In this document: piece after piece, positions 27,396-38,003 of the stretch
Layout: every line of letters starts with the position of its first letter
Position numbering within the stretch: position 1 is the first letter of the stretch
NCBI RefSeq assembly: GCF_036321535.1
Contig: NC_087437.1
Location: 11,472,001-11,536,000, forward strand
From: Camelus dromedarius
Lineage: Eukaryota
Length of the DNA: 64,000 nt
Reading direction: 5' to 3'
Translations under genes and position numbers: made by a program
The notes under the pieces: model-generated
Database searches by the model: none
Told to the model about the DNA's origin: nothing
The model's input: only the letters and a program-made list of their open reading frames with translations

Positions 27396-27538
27396 TTTTT
27401 TTTTTTTTAATATTTATTGTTGTTTTATGTAATTATTTTATTTTGGCAGGGGGGAGGTAATTATTTATTTTAAGAGGAGGTACTGGGGATTGAACCCAGG
27501 ACCTTGTGTATGCTAAGCATGCGCTCTACCACTTGAGC
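27396..27538 (-). mobile_element. Camelid tRNA-Ala-derived SINE, slightly 5'-truncated, inserted in a MIR
   Basis: Same SINE body but lacking the first ~12 nt. TSD GCCAATTCTT (27386-27395) / GCCGATTCTT (27537-27546). Confidence 0.9.
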
Positions 27539-27983
27539 CGATTCTTAACATGAGAAAATGGAAGCGTAGCATGAGCAGATCACTGTCCCAGGGTAACAAG
27601 GCAAGTAGGTGGCAGGTGGCACTTAAGCTCTGGCCTCTGTCAGATAGCCCTGCCCTAGACTCAGTTTCCCCTCCGTCCCCAGGTGTCCACAGTAAAGCCT
27701 GGCAGGAGGTATCTGAGCTGATGGGCCACATCTTCAGCCACGTGGACGTGGACAGCAAGCGGGTCCCTGATCCTTCCTAGGGGATCTAATGAGGGCAATT
27801 CTGTGATTGCTGCTTCTTTGATTTGTTTCCAGAAGATGCTCTTGCATACTTCCACGATTGCACTTACACAGTCCCAGGAGGTTTCTGAACCCCTTGAAGT
27901 CCCCTGTGGGCTCCTGCGATAGGAACAGGTGGTGTACGGGCTGCAGGAGGATGCCTGAGATCTCACAAAACTTCAGTGCTCCA

Positions 27984-28208
27984 AGAACATGACAAGGAAT
28001 ACATATGTACGTATAACTGAACCACTATGCTGGACACCAGAAACTGACACATTGTAAACTGACTATACATCAATTAAAAAAAGAAAAGAAACATATACAC
28101 ACACACACACACACACATATATATACACACACACATAACTGAACCACTATGCTGGACACCCAAAATTAACACAGCATTGTAAACTGACTGTACTTTAATA
28201 ATTAAAAA
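27984..28208 (+). mobile_element. Head-to-tail dimer of L1 3' termini within one TSD
   Basis: ATAACTGAACCACTATGCTGGACACC...CATTGTAAACTGACT occurs twice, separated by an A tail and a (CA/TA)n tract. TSD AAAACTTCAGTGCTCCA (27967-27983) / AAAACTTCAGGACTCCA (28209-28225). Confidence 0.88.
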
Positions 28209-28977
28209 AAAACTTCAGGACTCCAGAAATGGTGGCCATTTGTCCACCAAAGTCCCTCTGTGTCCACCCACCCCTTCCGGAGGGATGTATAAAAGGGAGT
28301 CCTTTCTTACTTGCTTTTCAAGCACCTCTCGGCTACTGGGACTGCTCAGGTAAATAAATTCTTAAAAGACATTTTTGCGACTCTATCAACACCTTGAACC
28401 CTTATGCAGTTAAAAAGCTCTGATCCCAGCATTTTAAGGTGACATTAGCAATAAAAATCCAACCCAATGTGAATTCATGGTCAAAGTCATTAGAAGGGCT
28501 GAGTTAGATATGACGGTGTCACTTGAATATGCAAACAGGAACAAACCACCATGAAAGTTCTTGAAAGCTTTTCTCATCCTGTGCTCATGTCAGAGTCCTT
28601 ACGGCAAAGACAGGCTCCGACGGCCACTGTCCTAAAACACTTCTTGTCAGGAGATGGAGTAAAGAAATGTGGAGACAGAGTAAATGATCCTTTGACAATA
28701 TAGGACAGTTTCTGTTTTTCAAAATGTCAGCACGAGCTGTTAATTTCAGTGACCCCCCCGCCAAGAATGTAACCAAAACATAAGGCTCTTCCTGGGTTTG
28801 GGGGACCCGACCTGAAGGATAAAGTAAAGAAAATGGGCTTTTAGTCCCGAATCAATTCAGTCTTTCGTGTTCCCCCTCATTGCTTTTCCATTTTCTTTTT
28901 CCTTTGGTAGAAAACAGTACACAGAAGAACGGCAATATCTCAGGCTTGAAATCTCAGTACCTAAGGGGACGTTTAGG

Positions 28978-29370
28978 GGAGATTTCCAAGATGGTGGAGC
29001 AGAAGGACGCACAGTTCACCTTCTCCCATGAATTCACCCAAAACTACACCTACACATGGAACGATTCACATAGAAGCCCAACTGCACTTTGGCTAGAGTA
29101 TCTCTTTCATCTGAAATACAAGAAGAATCCTCACAAAACCAGATAAACAACAAGGACCTACTACAGCACAGGGCACTATATTCAATACCTTGTAGAAACC
29201 TATAATGAGAAGGAGTATGAAATGGGATATGTGTATGTAAATGGACGACTGAAACATGATGCCGTGCACCAGAAATTAACACAACACTGTAAACAGATCA
29301 TACTTCAATACAAAAATAAAAACTAAATTAAAAAAAATAAGATTTGTTTCTACGACCTGAAAGAAAAAAA
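28978..29370 (+). mobile_element. ORF-less mini-L1: L1 5'UTR start fused to L1 3'UTR (probably a spliced L1 retrocopy), with short 3' transduction
   Basis: Starts GGAGATTTCCAAGATGGTGGAG (L1 5' start with YY1-type CAAGATGG at 28987). Switches at 29142/29143 to the L1 3'UTR (ATAAACAACAAGGACCTACT...TACTTCAAT). Two A tails. 15-bp TSD AAGGGGACGTTTAGG (28963-28977) / AAAGGAATGTTTAGG (29371-29385). Confidence 0.85.
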
Positions 29371-29639
29371 AAAGGAATGTTTAGGCATAACGGCATTCAA
29401 ATTCCTCTTTTCATAGTTGAGGGAGGGAGGAACAGAAGGGTGAAGTCATTTCTCGGTCTTGGCATTGTGCCAGTGCTGGAACCCTTGTCGCTTTTATTGT
29501 TAGAACAGATATAAAACCTACGTGTAGCTTAAAAAATACCATGGAGAGTGAGCCTCCCTAAGCTGGCCGCCATCGCTAGACCTGACTCATCCTCCCAGAA
29601 ACATTCCTTGCACACACACGCAGAGACATTTGTCTGCTT

Positions 29640-30930
29640 TTTTTTCTTTTTTTTTTCGTAGAAGAAGGATCATAGGCTAATCTATCTGGCTCATTTTGTT
29701 TGGCTCTTGGTTTGAACTTTCTTCTTTCATATTGATATATTCAAATGTCCTTCCTTCTTCTAAATGGGTTACGCAGTGTTCCCTCGTACTTTCTCCATGT
29801 ATGCTGTACTAAACACTCCTCTAATAATGTACTTTTAGGTTGTTCGCTGTTCTTTAACACAAGCAAGACTGTGCTAGTTGAGTGGATTTTAACTGCCTAG
29901 CATCTTCCCATATACGTCTCTTCTTTTTCTGAAAACCTCCTACATTAGCGGCCACTCCTCATCATCCTTTGTCCCCTCACCTTGCTTTTGTTTCCTCTGT
30001 GGCATTTATCACCACCTGAAACAGAATGCATTTGCTTGTTCATTTTCTGTCATCTGTATCTGCTACTAGAGAACAATGTCTGGCTTTCGGCAGGTGCCCA
30101 GGAAATACTTAATGAATCGATGAATGAATGCTTTGCATTTTTTACTATTGGGTTAGTGGTCTTTTTCTTATTGATTCATAAGAGCTCTTTAGCTAGTCAT
30201 TAAATAAGTCTTTGTTTTTCGTTTGTCTTACTAATGTCGGTCCCAGCATGGTGCTATTTGCTATTCAGCGTTGTTAATAGTATTCTTTTTGCTGTAAAGA
30301 AATGTTTATTATCTACTCGAACATAACCTGTCCGTCTTTTATAGCTTTAGAGTTTTAAGTCTTGCTTAGAAAGGCTCTATATACACCAGAGTTATTTTTA
30401 AAAACTTGTCTGGTACGTTCATGGTTTGTTTTTATGTTGGAATCTTTGATTCATTTGGAATTTATTTTGGCATAGGTAGTGGCTATGTAATCAGCTTTGT
30501 TATTTTTTCCCAAATAGTCAGCCGGTTGGTCCAACATTAATTAAAGAACAATTCATCCTTTTCTCATTGCTCTGAATACCATCTTTATCATATACCAAAT
30601 TCCCATAAATGTTTACGTTATATCTGATTTCTATCCTGCTCTGCTAATTTGTCCCATCTCTTCCGGTGTTTGTACTAATTCATCTTCATTCCCCTTGCAT
30701 TATGGTGATTTTTAACATCTCTTTGTCCTCTTTCCACCAGAAATTTCCTGTCAATTCTCATGCAGTTATTTTTTTCATAAGAATGTCAGAAGCCACAGAG
30801 CCAGTCAAGCCTCCGTCCAAAAAATTATCTCACTATTTTCTTGAGATCAGGTTATTTTATGGATTAATTTAGAAGGAGATGACATCAATACAAGAACTCT
30901 TGACTCCTGAATGTTTTTGATGCTCTCCTG
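29640..30930 (-). mobile_element. Fragments of ancient L1 (L1ME-like), interrupted by an L2 3' end (~29900-30130, +)
   Basis: T-rich ORF2-antisense motifs (TTGATTCATTTGGAATTTATTTTGG, CCATCTTTATCATATACCAAATTCCCA). L2 terminus AATGAATCGATGAATGAATG. Confidence 0.65.
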
Positions 30931-30949
30931 AATTCCTTGATATACACAA

Positions 30950-31320
30950 ATGAAACGCAATTGTCTTCAGTGGAAGGACGACAGCTCCCCCCCTGGGCAT
31001 GCCACCTCGGCAGGGATGCCAGGAAGGCTGGGCTCTGCTGGGATTATCTCGCGAGACCCTAGATGTGGCCTCTCTCATGTGCCAGCTTCAGGGGAGTCAG
31101 ACTCCTTAGATGGCGGCTTAGGACCCAAGAGCAAGTGTCCAGAGAACAAGAGGGCAGCTGCGTGGCCTCAGAAGTCATAGTGCCCCTTCTCCAGTATGTT
31201 ATTGGTCAAAGTGCCCACATGCCCACCAACTTCAGGGGAAGGGGACATAGATCCCCACCCCACCCTACTTTTGCTAGGAGAAGGTCAAGGAATTGGGGCC
31301 ATGTTTTAAAACCTCCATAC
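30950..31320 (-). mobile_element. MLT1-type MaLR LTR fragment
   Basis: ATTGGTCAAAG..CACATGCCCACCAACTTCAGGGGAAGGGGACATAGATCCCCACC..GGCCATGTTTTAAAACC. Confidence 0.65.
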
Positions 31321-32044
31321 CTTCCGTTAGAAGAAAACTGGGCGGCTTTCTAATTAGTTTAATTACTTGTGACTTTTCTACAATTTTTCTTCCACTTCTG
31401 CCTCTGGAAACATTGACATGATTCAGAACTGGAAAGGAATTAATTTTTGAAATGAGAGTGTCAGTTGAGTTACATTCTTTGCCAGGTACCAGGGGACCGC
31501 CATGTTCTTCACCTGACACTGGCTTTCTCCGTCCACTCTTTCTGCTCCCCACCCCTATACCCGCTGTGCAGCTTGCTGGTGGCCCACTACCCGAGGGTGG
31601 CAGGAGCAGAGAATGTCAACTCTAATTTGTCAATTTTTTAAAACGTGCTATTTGGCACCAATCTCGCATAAAGTTGGAAAGGGAATTAAAATGAAAAGTA
31701 AACGTCTTGAGGATGAATTGTGAGATTCAACCACTCGTTACAAAGAACATCAGAGCTGACTCTTCCTTCTACTGGTCCATGGCCTTATTCCAAAGACCCC
31801 TAAAGACATGACCCAGTAATTCCCCATGTACTTTCCTGGTCCTCTTTTCTTCTAAATTTCAGCAACATTTACTGAATACTCACCGTGTGGGTAATTTATA
31901 CAGGTTTATGATTGCATTTAACCCTAACTTCAAGGGTGGGAACTGGTAAGCCCATTTTAGAGCCGACAACATTGCTGCTCAGAGTGATTCACTGAATTGT
32001 CCAAGCATCACAGAGCTGAAATGTAGCAGAGCTATTCCCACATC

Positions 32045-32655
32045 CTCGCCATAAACAATGCGGCCCCCCTTTCAACAGCATCACCATCACCTGGGAGCTT
32101 GTTTGAAATGCAGCACTAACCAGACCTACTGCATCGAGAGCCGCATTTTAACAAGACCCCCAGGTGACGCAGACTCACCTTAAAGTTTGAGAAGCACCAC
32201 ACCCCCACAATATTCCTGCACATGGAATCCCATGGAGAGCTATGAAAAATACTGATGCCTGAGTTCCTTTCCCCCGTAACAATTCCAGTTTGATTGGTCT
32301 GGGGTGCAACCTGGGCATCGGAGTTTTCAAAGCTCCCCAGGGGGTCCTAACCTGCAGCCCAGTGAGAACCATGGCTTGACACGGCTCACTTGGGACTAAG
32401 CACATCTTATATCTTGACTGCTTGCTTATTATCATCTTTATACATGGCCTATGCCCCCAACACGAATGTATTTTATATGTCAGCTCTCTTTCCAGGGTAA
32501 TTTCTTGCACAAAATATGCACTCAGTAAATATTCGCTGCTTTTGCTGTTACTGAAAATGGTGCTTTAACTGGTCTGCTGCAGGGGCTTGGGCATCAGTAT
32601 TTCTGACAAGGTGCCTCGTGATTCTATTGTGTAGTCAAGGTTGAGCACCACTGGG
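32045..32655. mobile_element. Cluster of three MER5-type hAT-Charlie MITE pieces
   Basis: 32045-32200 (ATCACCTGGGAGCTTGTT..TTTGAGAAGCAC), 32205-32375 (TTGGTCTGGGGTGCAACCTGGGCATCGG..GAGAACCA) and 32570-32655 (..GTCAAGGTTGAGCACCACTG). Confidence 0.8.
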
Positions 32656-33759
32656 TTGGCTCCTGCAGCTCCAGCTGATGGTTGCTATGGAGAAGTTTGG
32701 GTGGAGGAGTGCCAAATGTTCTCATTTTTGAAGACGAACCTTAAAACCCAGATTTTATAATGTCAACAAATTTAGATTTTCGGAAAACTTGTGTGCAAGG
32801 AAAATAATCCATGCCTGCAGGCTGCTCCTGTGAGTGCCTGTATGTCTGTGTGTGCCTGTGCAGGGATATAGGAAGTTCAATAGACGGAGTCATTCACTGG
32901 GGAACCATGACCCCCTCAAAGCCTGAGGATCATAAATGCCACCCCTACTGCTGCCATGAAAACAAAAATGCCATCATCATTGCATAACCATCCTAGCTTC
33001 AAAAAGAGTCACTATATTGTTTCCGTCAACGCACATAATACACATCTGAACTGGAGACTGCTGAGCCTTTTGGAGAATAATAATTTGTGCCTAATTTTGT
33101 GTTCTAGCAGTGCCGAGATGTGCCAACAGAACCGGGGAATGTGTGACAACAAGAGGGGGCAGGAGGCACTTTGTGGTTCTGGAAAGAAAGGCGCTGTGTC
33201 ACCATGAGGCACGATTTCCACCCACTGCCAGAGCACCGTCTCATGATGAAGCAAAACCAAGGAAAAGAGACCCAAGAAGAGAAGCCGGGACCAGAAATAA
33301 AGGTGTGCAAAGGAAATACCACAGCCAGAAGAAAAGTTTTCCATTGCTTTCCACCCCGCCCGTGGCTCCCTCTGTCTGGATTTGTTTGCTTGGATAATAA
33401 ACGGCAGGGCTTCTACTGAAGCTGCAACAAGGAGGCTGAAGTACTGGGGGCTTGGACCACGGAGCCCACAATGTTGAGAGAAATGTTCAAGGTGTTGGAT
33501 TTGCTGGCACCAGCACTTTTTGCTGATTCGACTTGGGTGCGAGATGGCAGAGGGCCCCAATTCTAGTACTAATAGCCCACATTTTTGTGTTTGTCTCATG
33601 GTCACTACGGAGCCAGAGGCAGCGCCAGCATCGAGTTGAGTGATGAGGAGGAGGAAGATACCACCATCGCCATAATCGCAGCAGCTGTCAATTACCAGCC
33701 GCTCACGATGAGCCATGCACTGTGCTAAATGCCTCCCCCGTTACGTCTCATTTACCCTC

Positions 33760-34345
33760 AACACGACGGCCACAGAGACTCTTTTAAAAGACAAGTCAGA
33801 TCTCGCTCTCTTCTTAAAATTCGCAATTTACTCAGCGTAGGGGGCAAGGTCCCTTCCACAGCCTGCAAAGCCCCACATCCATCAGCTGCCTACCTCCCCC
33901 TCTACTCCTCAGCTCTCGGACCTCACCTCCTGGTCTTCCCTCTCCATCCATTTCATCCAGCTTCAAGCAATGCCAGCTATTCTCAGACACGACGCCTTTG
34001 CACCATGGGCCCCTCCGTTAGGAACCTTTTCTCCAGATATCACGTACATCGTTCCTGCCATCTTCTTAGTGAGCTCTTCTCAGACCAACCTGCTTAAAGT
34101 AGTGTCTCCCCACTCTCACTCCCCCTTTCTTCTTTATTCTCTCCATAGCACTAACCACCTTCTAACATCCAGAACTTTACTTATTGACTTTTTTTTAATT
34201 GTCTTTGATCTGCTAGAAGGGAAGTTTCATGAAAGCAGAAGTTTTCTTCTTTTGTTTTCACTGCTGTATCGCCAGTGCCTCAATAAATGCTAGGCCCGTA
34301 ATTGGGACTCAGTAAATATGTTTAGAGTGAAGAAGTGAATGAAGT
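33760..34345 (+). mobile_element. L2 LINE 3' end
   Basis: GCCTTTGCAC..., TTTGTTTTCACTGCTGTATCGCCAGTGCCT, ACTCAGTAAATATGTTT..GTGAATGAA terminus. Confidence 0.8.
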
Positions 34346-36054
34346 GATTCCTCATAACAATCCTAAAAGAGAGGTACTATGATTATTCTGTTTTCACAAA
34401 CGTAGGAAGGTGAAAGAGGTTGCTTTTGCCCAAGATCACGAACGAGAAAGCGTTAGAAAGAAGATGTGAACCTAGGGCCATTTGACACCAAAGCTCATAA
34501 TAATTCATGGCCTTGTGTGTTGTTGTTTTTACAGTTTTGGGCCTTTTGGAGGAAGTACTAAACGCAATGATTAACATCCGGAAGTGGAGCCGTATTTGGT
34601 GCAATTGGCAATCAATGGAAGCTGGTGAGAGAAGGAAAGACTATTCTCGTTCCCTATGATTAGGGTCATTCTTAATTTTTAGAGCGGCCGAAGCTGTTTC
34701 TTGAACGACCACTTGTTGAGAAGTTGGATCTTCCAAAGTAATATAGTGGTGGGAAGTAAATCATGTTTCCTTGGGGTGGGTAAGCCAAGGGCCACTTTGA
34801 ACCTTAAATTGCTTAAGAATTTCATCCAGTATGAGCCAGCTGCAGGAATGTGAGTCTAGTGACACTGTAGGAAATTAACACATGTCATGCAAATGTGTCC
34901 TCAGGGGTCTTAAAGGATTCTGCAGAAGGCACGTTCACTCAGCCTTGAAGACCACTCCAATACGCCTTCATCCAAGAATAAATTGGATAGAATCCAACTC
35001 GTGCCAAACACAGGACGCCCGAGGTGGCTGCATGTGCCTGAATCCTTGGGGACACTTGGTAAACATTAAGCAATCTACTTGAGGCTGAGCTTTCAGTGGG
35101 TCAAAGTACTTAGTGCATGAGGCATTCATTTCTATGGAGTTTGCTCAAAACAAAAAGTGAAGTTCAAGGAAGAGAAGAGGAAACAAAAAGAAGTTTTCAA
35201 GCACTTTTTGAAAATTGTCTGCAAAAAAGATGTACACACAGAAAAGACCTTTTGGCCAGTAAGTGATGAACTAGATGGATGAGCTGTTCCTTAAGTTTCT
35301 AACAGAATTCAAAGACAGGAAATAAACTGGTGACTTGACATTTTAAGCTCACTAATTTCAAGTGAGGAATTATAGAATTTCTAGAAAAATCATGTGTGTG
35401 TTTTGCAAGCAGAAAAGTCTGAACTTCTATGCTAAGAACAAAGAAATTAGGACAATGTGGCATCATTCTGCCTTCTAATATACATAAATACCCTTAAACA
35501 ATTGAGATTATTTTTCATTCCTTATATAAATCCCTAACTGTCTACTTTGTTACTAAGAATGGATGGAGCCAGGAAGTAGCAGAAGATTGAACCCATGTAA
35601 CCAGAATGACTGCTTGGATTGCAAACATGAAAATCCCACCTAAGCCTTATTGAAACAAAACAGATACGGGGTTCAGTGCTTGCACTCTTAATGCAAATGT
35701 TCATTTATTTAGGGATACTTGGCAAGCCAGTATTCGAAATGCGTATGTTAGTAGAAAAAATGAATCGGGGGATAGAGGGAAGTTTTGGAAATGGTAACGG
35801 GGAGCACGAGTAACACGTGAACAGACACACACCAAAGATCAGCTACGGTGAAGTGTTCCCACCAGCATCCTCAGTCATCTGATATGTTACTGGAGTGATG
35901 ACTTGATGGAGCCCAACTAAGCAAGATAACGTAGTGCCTCAGGATGGAAGGAAATAACCTTTTCTAAATGTCTGCTATGTGTCAGGGACTTCCCATTTCA
36001 ACTTCAAGAATAGTTAACATTCAGTACGAGGCTTTAGGAATGAACTTCCCACAA

Positions 36055-36225
36055 GTTATTTCTAGTCCTTACAATGATCCTATGAAGCAGATGTTGTTAG
36101 CTCCATTTTACAGATGAGAAAACTGAGGTTTGAAAAGGTTAAATAACATGTTCCGCATTACCTAGTTAGAAAGCAAATCAGAATCCAAACCTGCTTCCGA
36201 TTCTAGAGCCCCAAATCTTTCTGTT
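36055..36225 (-). mobile_element. MIR SINE
   Basis: CCATTTTACAGATGAGAAAACTGAGG core. Further MIR cores near 31860-32040, 34345-34490, 40770-40930, 41950-42110, 43745-43830, 46400-46520 and 53720-53850. Confidence 0.85.
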
Positions 36226-36256
36226 TGGTCACCTGCCTGAAATAAGACATAACAAT

Positions 36257-36372
36257 TTTGGGGGGTGGTAATTAGGTCAATTTATTTATTTTGTAATGGA
36301 AGTACTGGGGATGGAACCCAGGACGTCGTGCATGCTAAGCATGTGCTCTACCAGCGACCTATCCCCTCCCCC
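36257..36372 (-). mobile_element. Camelid tRNA-Ala-derived SINE
   Basis: SINE body with A/B boxes. Perfect 12-bp TSD AGACATAACAAT at 36245-36256 and 36376-36387. Confidence 0.92.
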
Positions 36373-37852
36373 TGTAGACATAACAATCTGACGTGACTTA
36401 CAGTGCTCCCTAGGGCAAGGGCTACTGAGAGTGTTCACATGAAAAATTACAAGGATGAAGATAAGCAATTAAGAGAAATCAGCCACTGCAGGTTATACAT
36501 TTTATGACAAACCCCTGAGAAAAGGAGGCCTTGAAAAACCCTGTGGAGATATTTTGTATTTTTAAAGAAATGTTCCTGTTGCTTCAGAGAAATAACAAAC
36601 AAGCAAATTACATCGCTATTGCCTTGCAGTAAGACAAAGGCTCAATGATATGTAATCGTCTATGTCCGTACTTTCCATACCAGAAAGGGCATTTATTTTT
36701 CTGATTTTATCACCCTGGTATCTTATTTCCAGATGTGCACAGAATATGCCGGAAGTGGAGGGTTCTCTGTCTCCAGCATGTTAAGGGTAAACCACCTCAT
36801 TTAGAAGACATATTTCCAAGCCCTGTGTTTATAAGAATAATCAGCTATTTGCCACATGATTAGCCTGACCATTTTTTAATCCAGGAGCATGATTTCCTGC
36901 CTTCTTCACCAAGAGTTACTGGAAAGAGGGCACGGTTCCAGCCAGGAGCCCTGGCGTCAAGGTCACCCCTGCGAACTTGAGGCGCACAGGAGTGGGCAGC
37001 GACAGGCCCAGGGCAGAAACAGGCGCTCGGTCTGCCCACATTCGGGAGCTGACAGCCCGCGGAGAGGAAGCGATGGATGCCACAGAGTCTCCAGCCAACT
37101 CTGTGTCCCTGGACTTTACAAAAACAAACCAAAGCTTTTCAACCAACCAGAACTGCTTCAGCAACTTTAATAACTGCCTGAAAAGATGCCAGGGTGGTTT
37201 ATCTTATCAAGATAAGGTACTTGGTAAAGAGCAAATCCTTGAATTGTCATATTTATAAATGGGAATCACAAAGAAATACGGCCATTGTAAACAAGGTGAT
37301 CAGTTATCATATGATTGTCTTTGTCAGCTAGAAACATTAATCTGATCTTCTTAAAAACATTAATTGTATTTTTAAGAGTTTGAACTTTAAGAGCTTAAAT
37401 AGTGCACGATACAATTACTTCATGGAAGTCTCATCTAATGACACACCTTCTATTTCTTATGCCTTATATTTCCTTCCTTAGTGACCAAACATTTTTACAT
37501 GGCTTCTGGGAGTTCATGAGATTGACAAAATCATTGAGTACATTTTTCTACTCATCAATAATCTCAATGTACTGGCAAAGCAATATAAAGAAACTTAAAG
37601 TGCTTTTGTCACATTTAATGAACCTAGAAGAGCAGGAAATAAGTTCTAAGAAAGGGTATTTTGACCTCAACCACCTTTATTGGCTAAAAGCCTGTCTAAT
37701 GCATTTGGAAGGTCAGAGTTATTTGTTTAATTGGCTACTTCCAACATTCTTCAGTTGGGCTGGGTATATATTAGTTGCGTATTGAAATCTACTATTGCCT
37801 TTTCCAAACTGAAGATCAAAACGTGACTAACAAGTTTAGGTATATTTAGGAT

Positions 37853-38003
37853 GGGGGAGGGTACAGCTCAAGTGGTAAGGCGCATGCTTAGCGTGCAGGA
37901 GATCCTGGGTTCAATCCTCAGTACCTCCTCTAAAAATAAAGAAATCTAATTACCTCCCCCCACCGAAAGAAAGTAAAATACATACATACACACATACATA
38001 AAA
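37853..38003 (+). mobile_element. Camelid tRNA-Ala-derived SINE with (TACA)n tail
   Basis: GGGGGAGGGTACAGCTCAAGTGGT...GGGTTCAATCCTCAGTACCTCC...TAATTACCTCCCCC. TSD AAGTTTAGGTATATTTA (37832-37848) / AAGTATAGGTATACTTA (38004-38020). Confidence 0.92.

Noticed and set aside
33012..33716. 234-aa minus-strand ORF
   Set aside because: No recognisable homology or exon structure; its 5' end lies in MIR-like sequence.
37853..37930. tRNA-Ala(AGC)-like sequence (also in the four other SINE heads)
   Set aside because: Each is followed by the same SINE-specific 3' part and A tail and flanked by TSDs, so these are SINEs, not tRNA genes.
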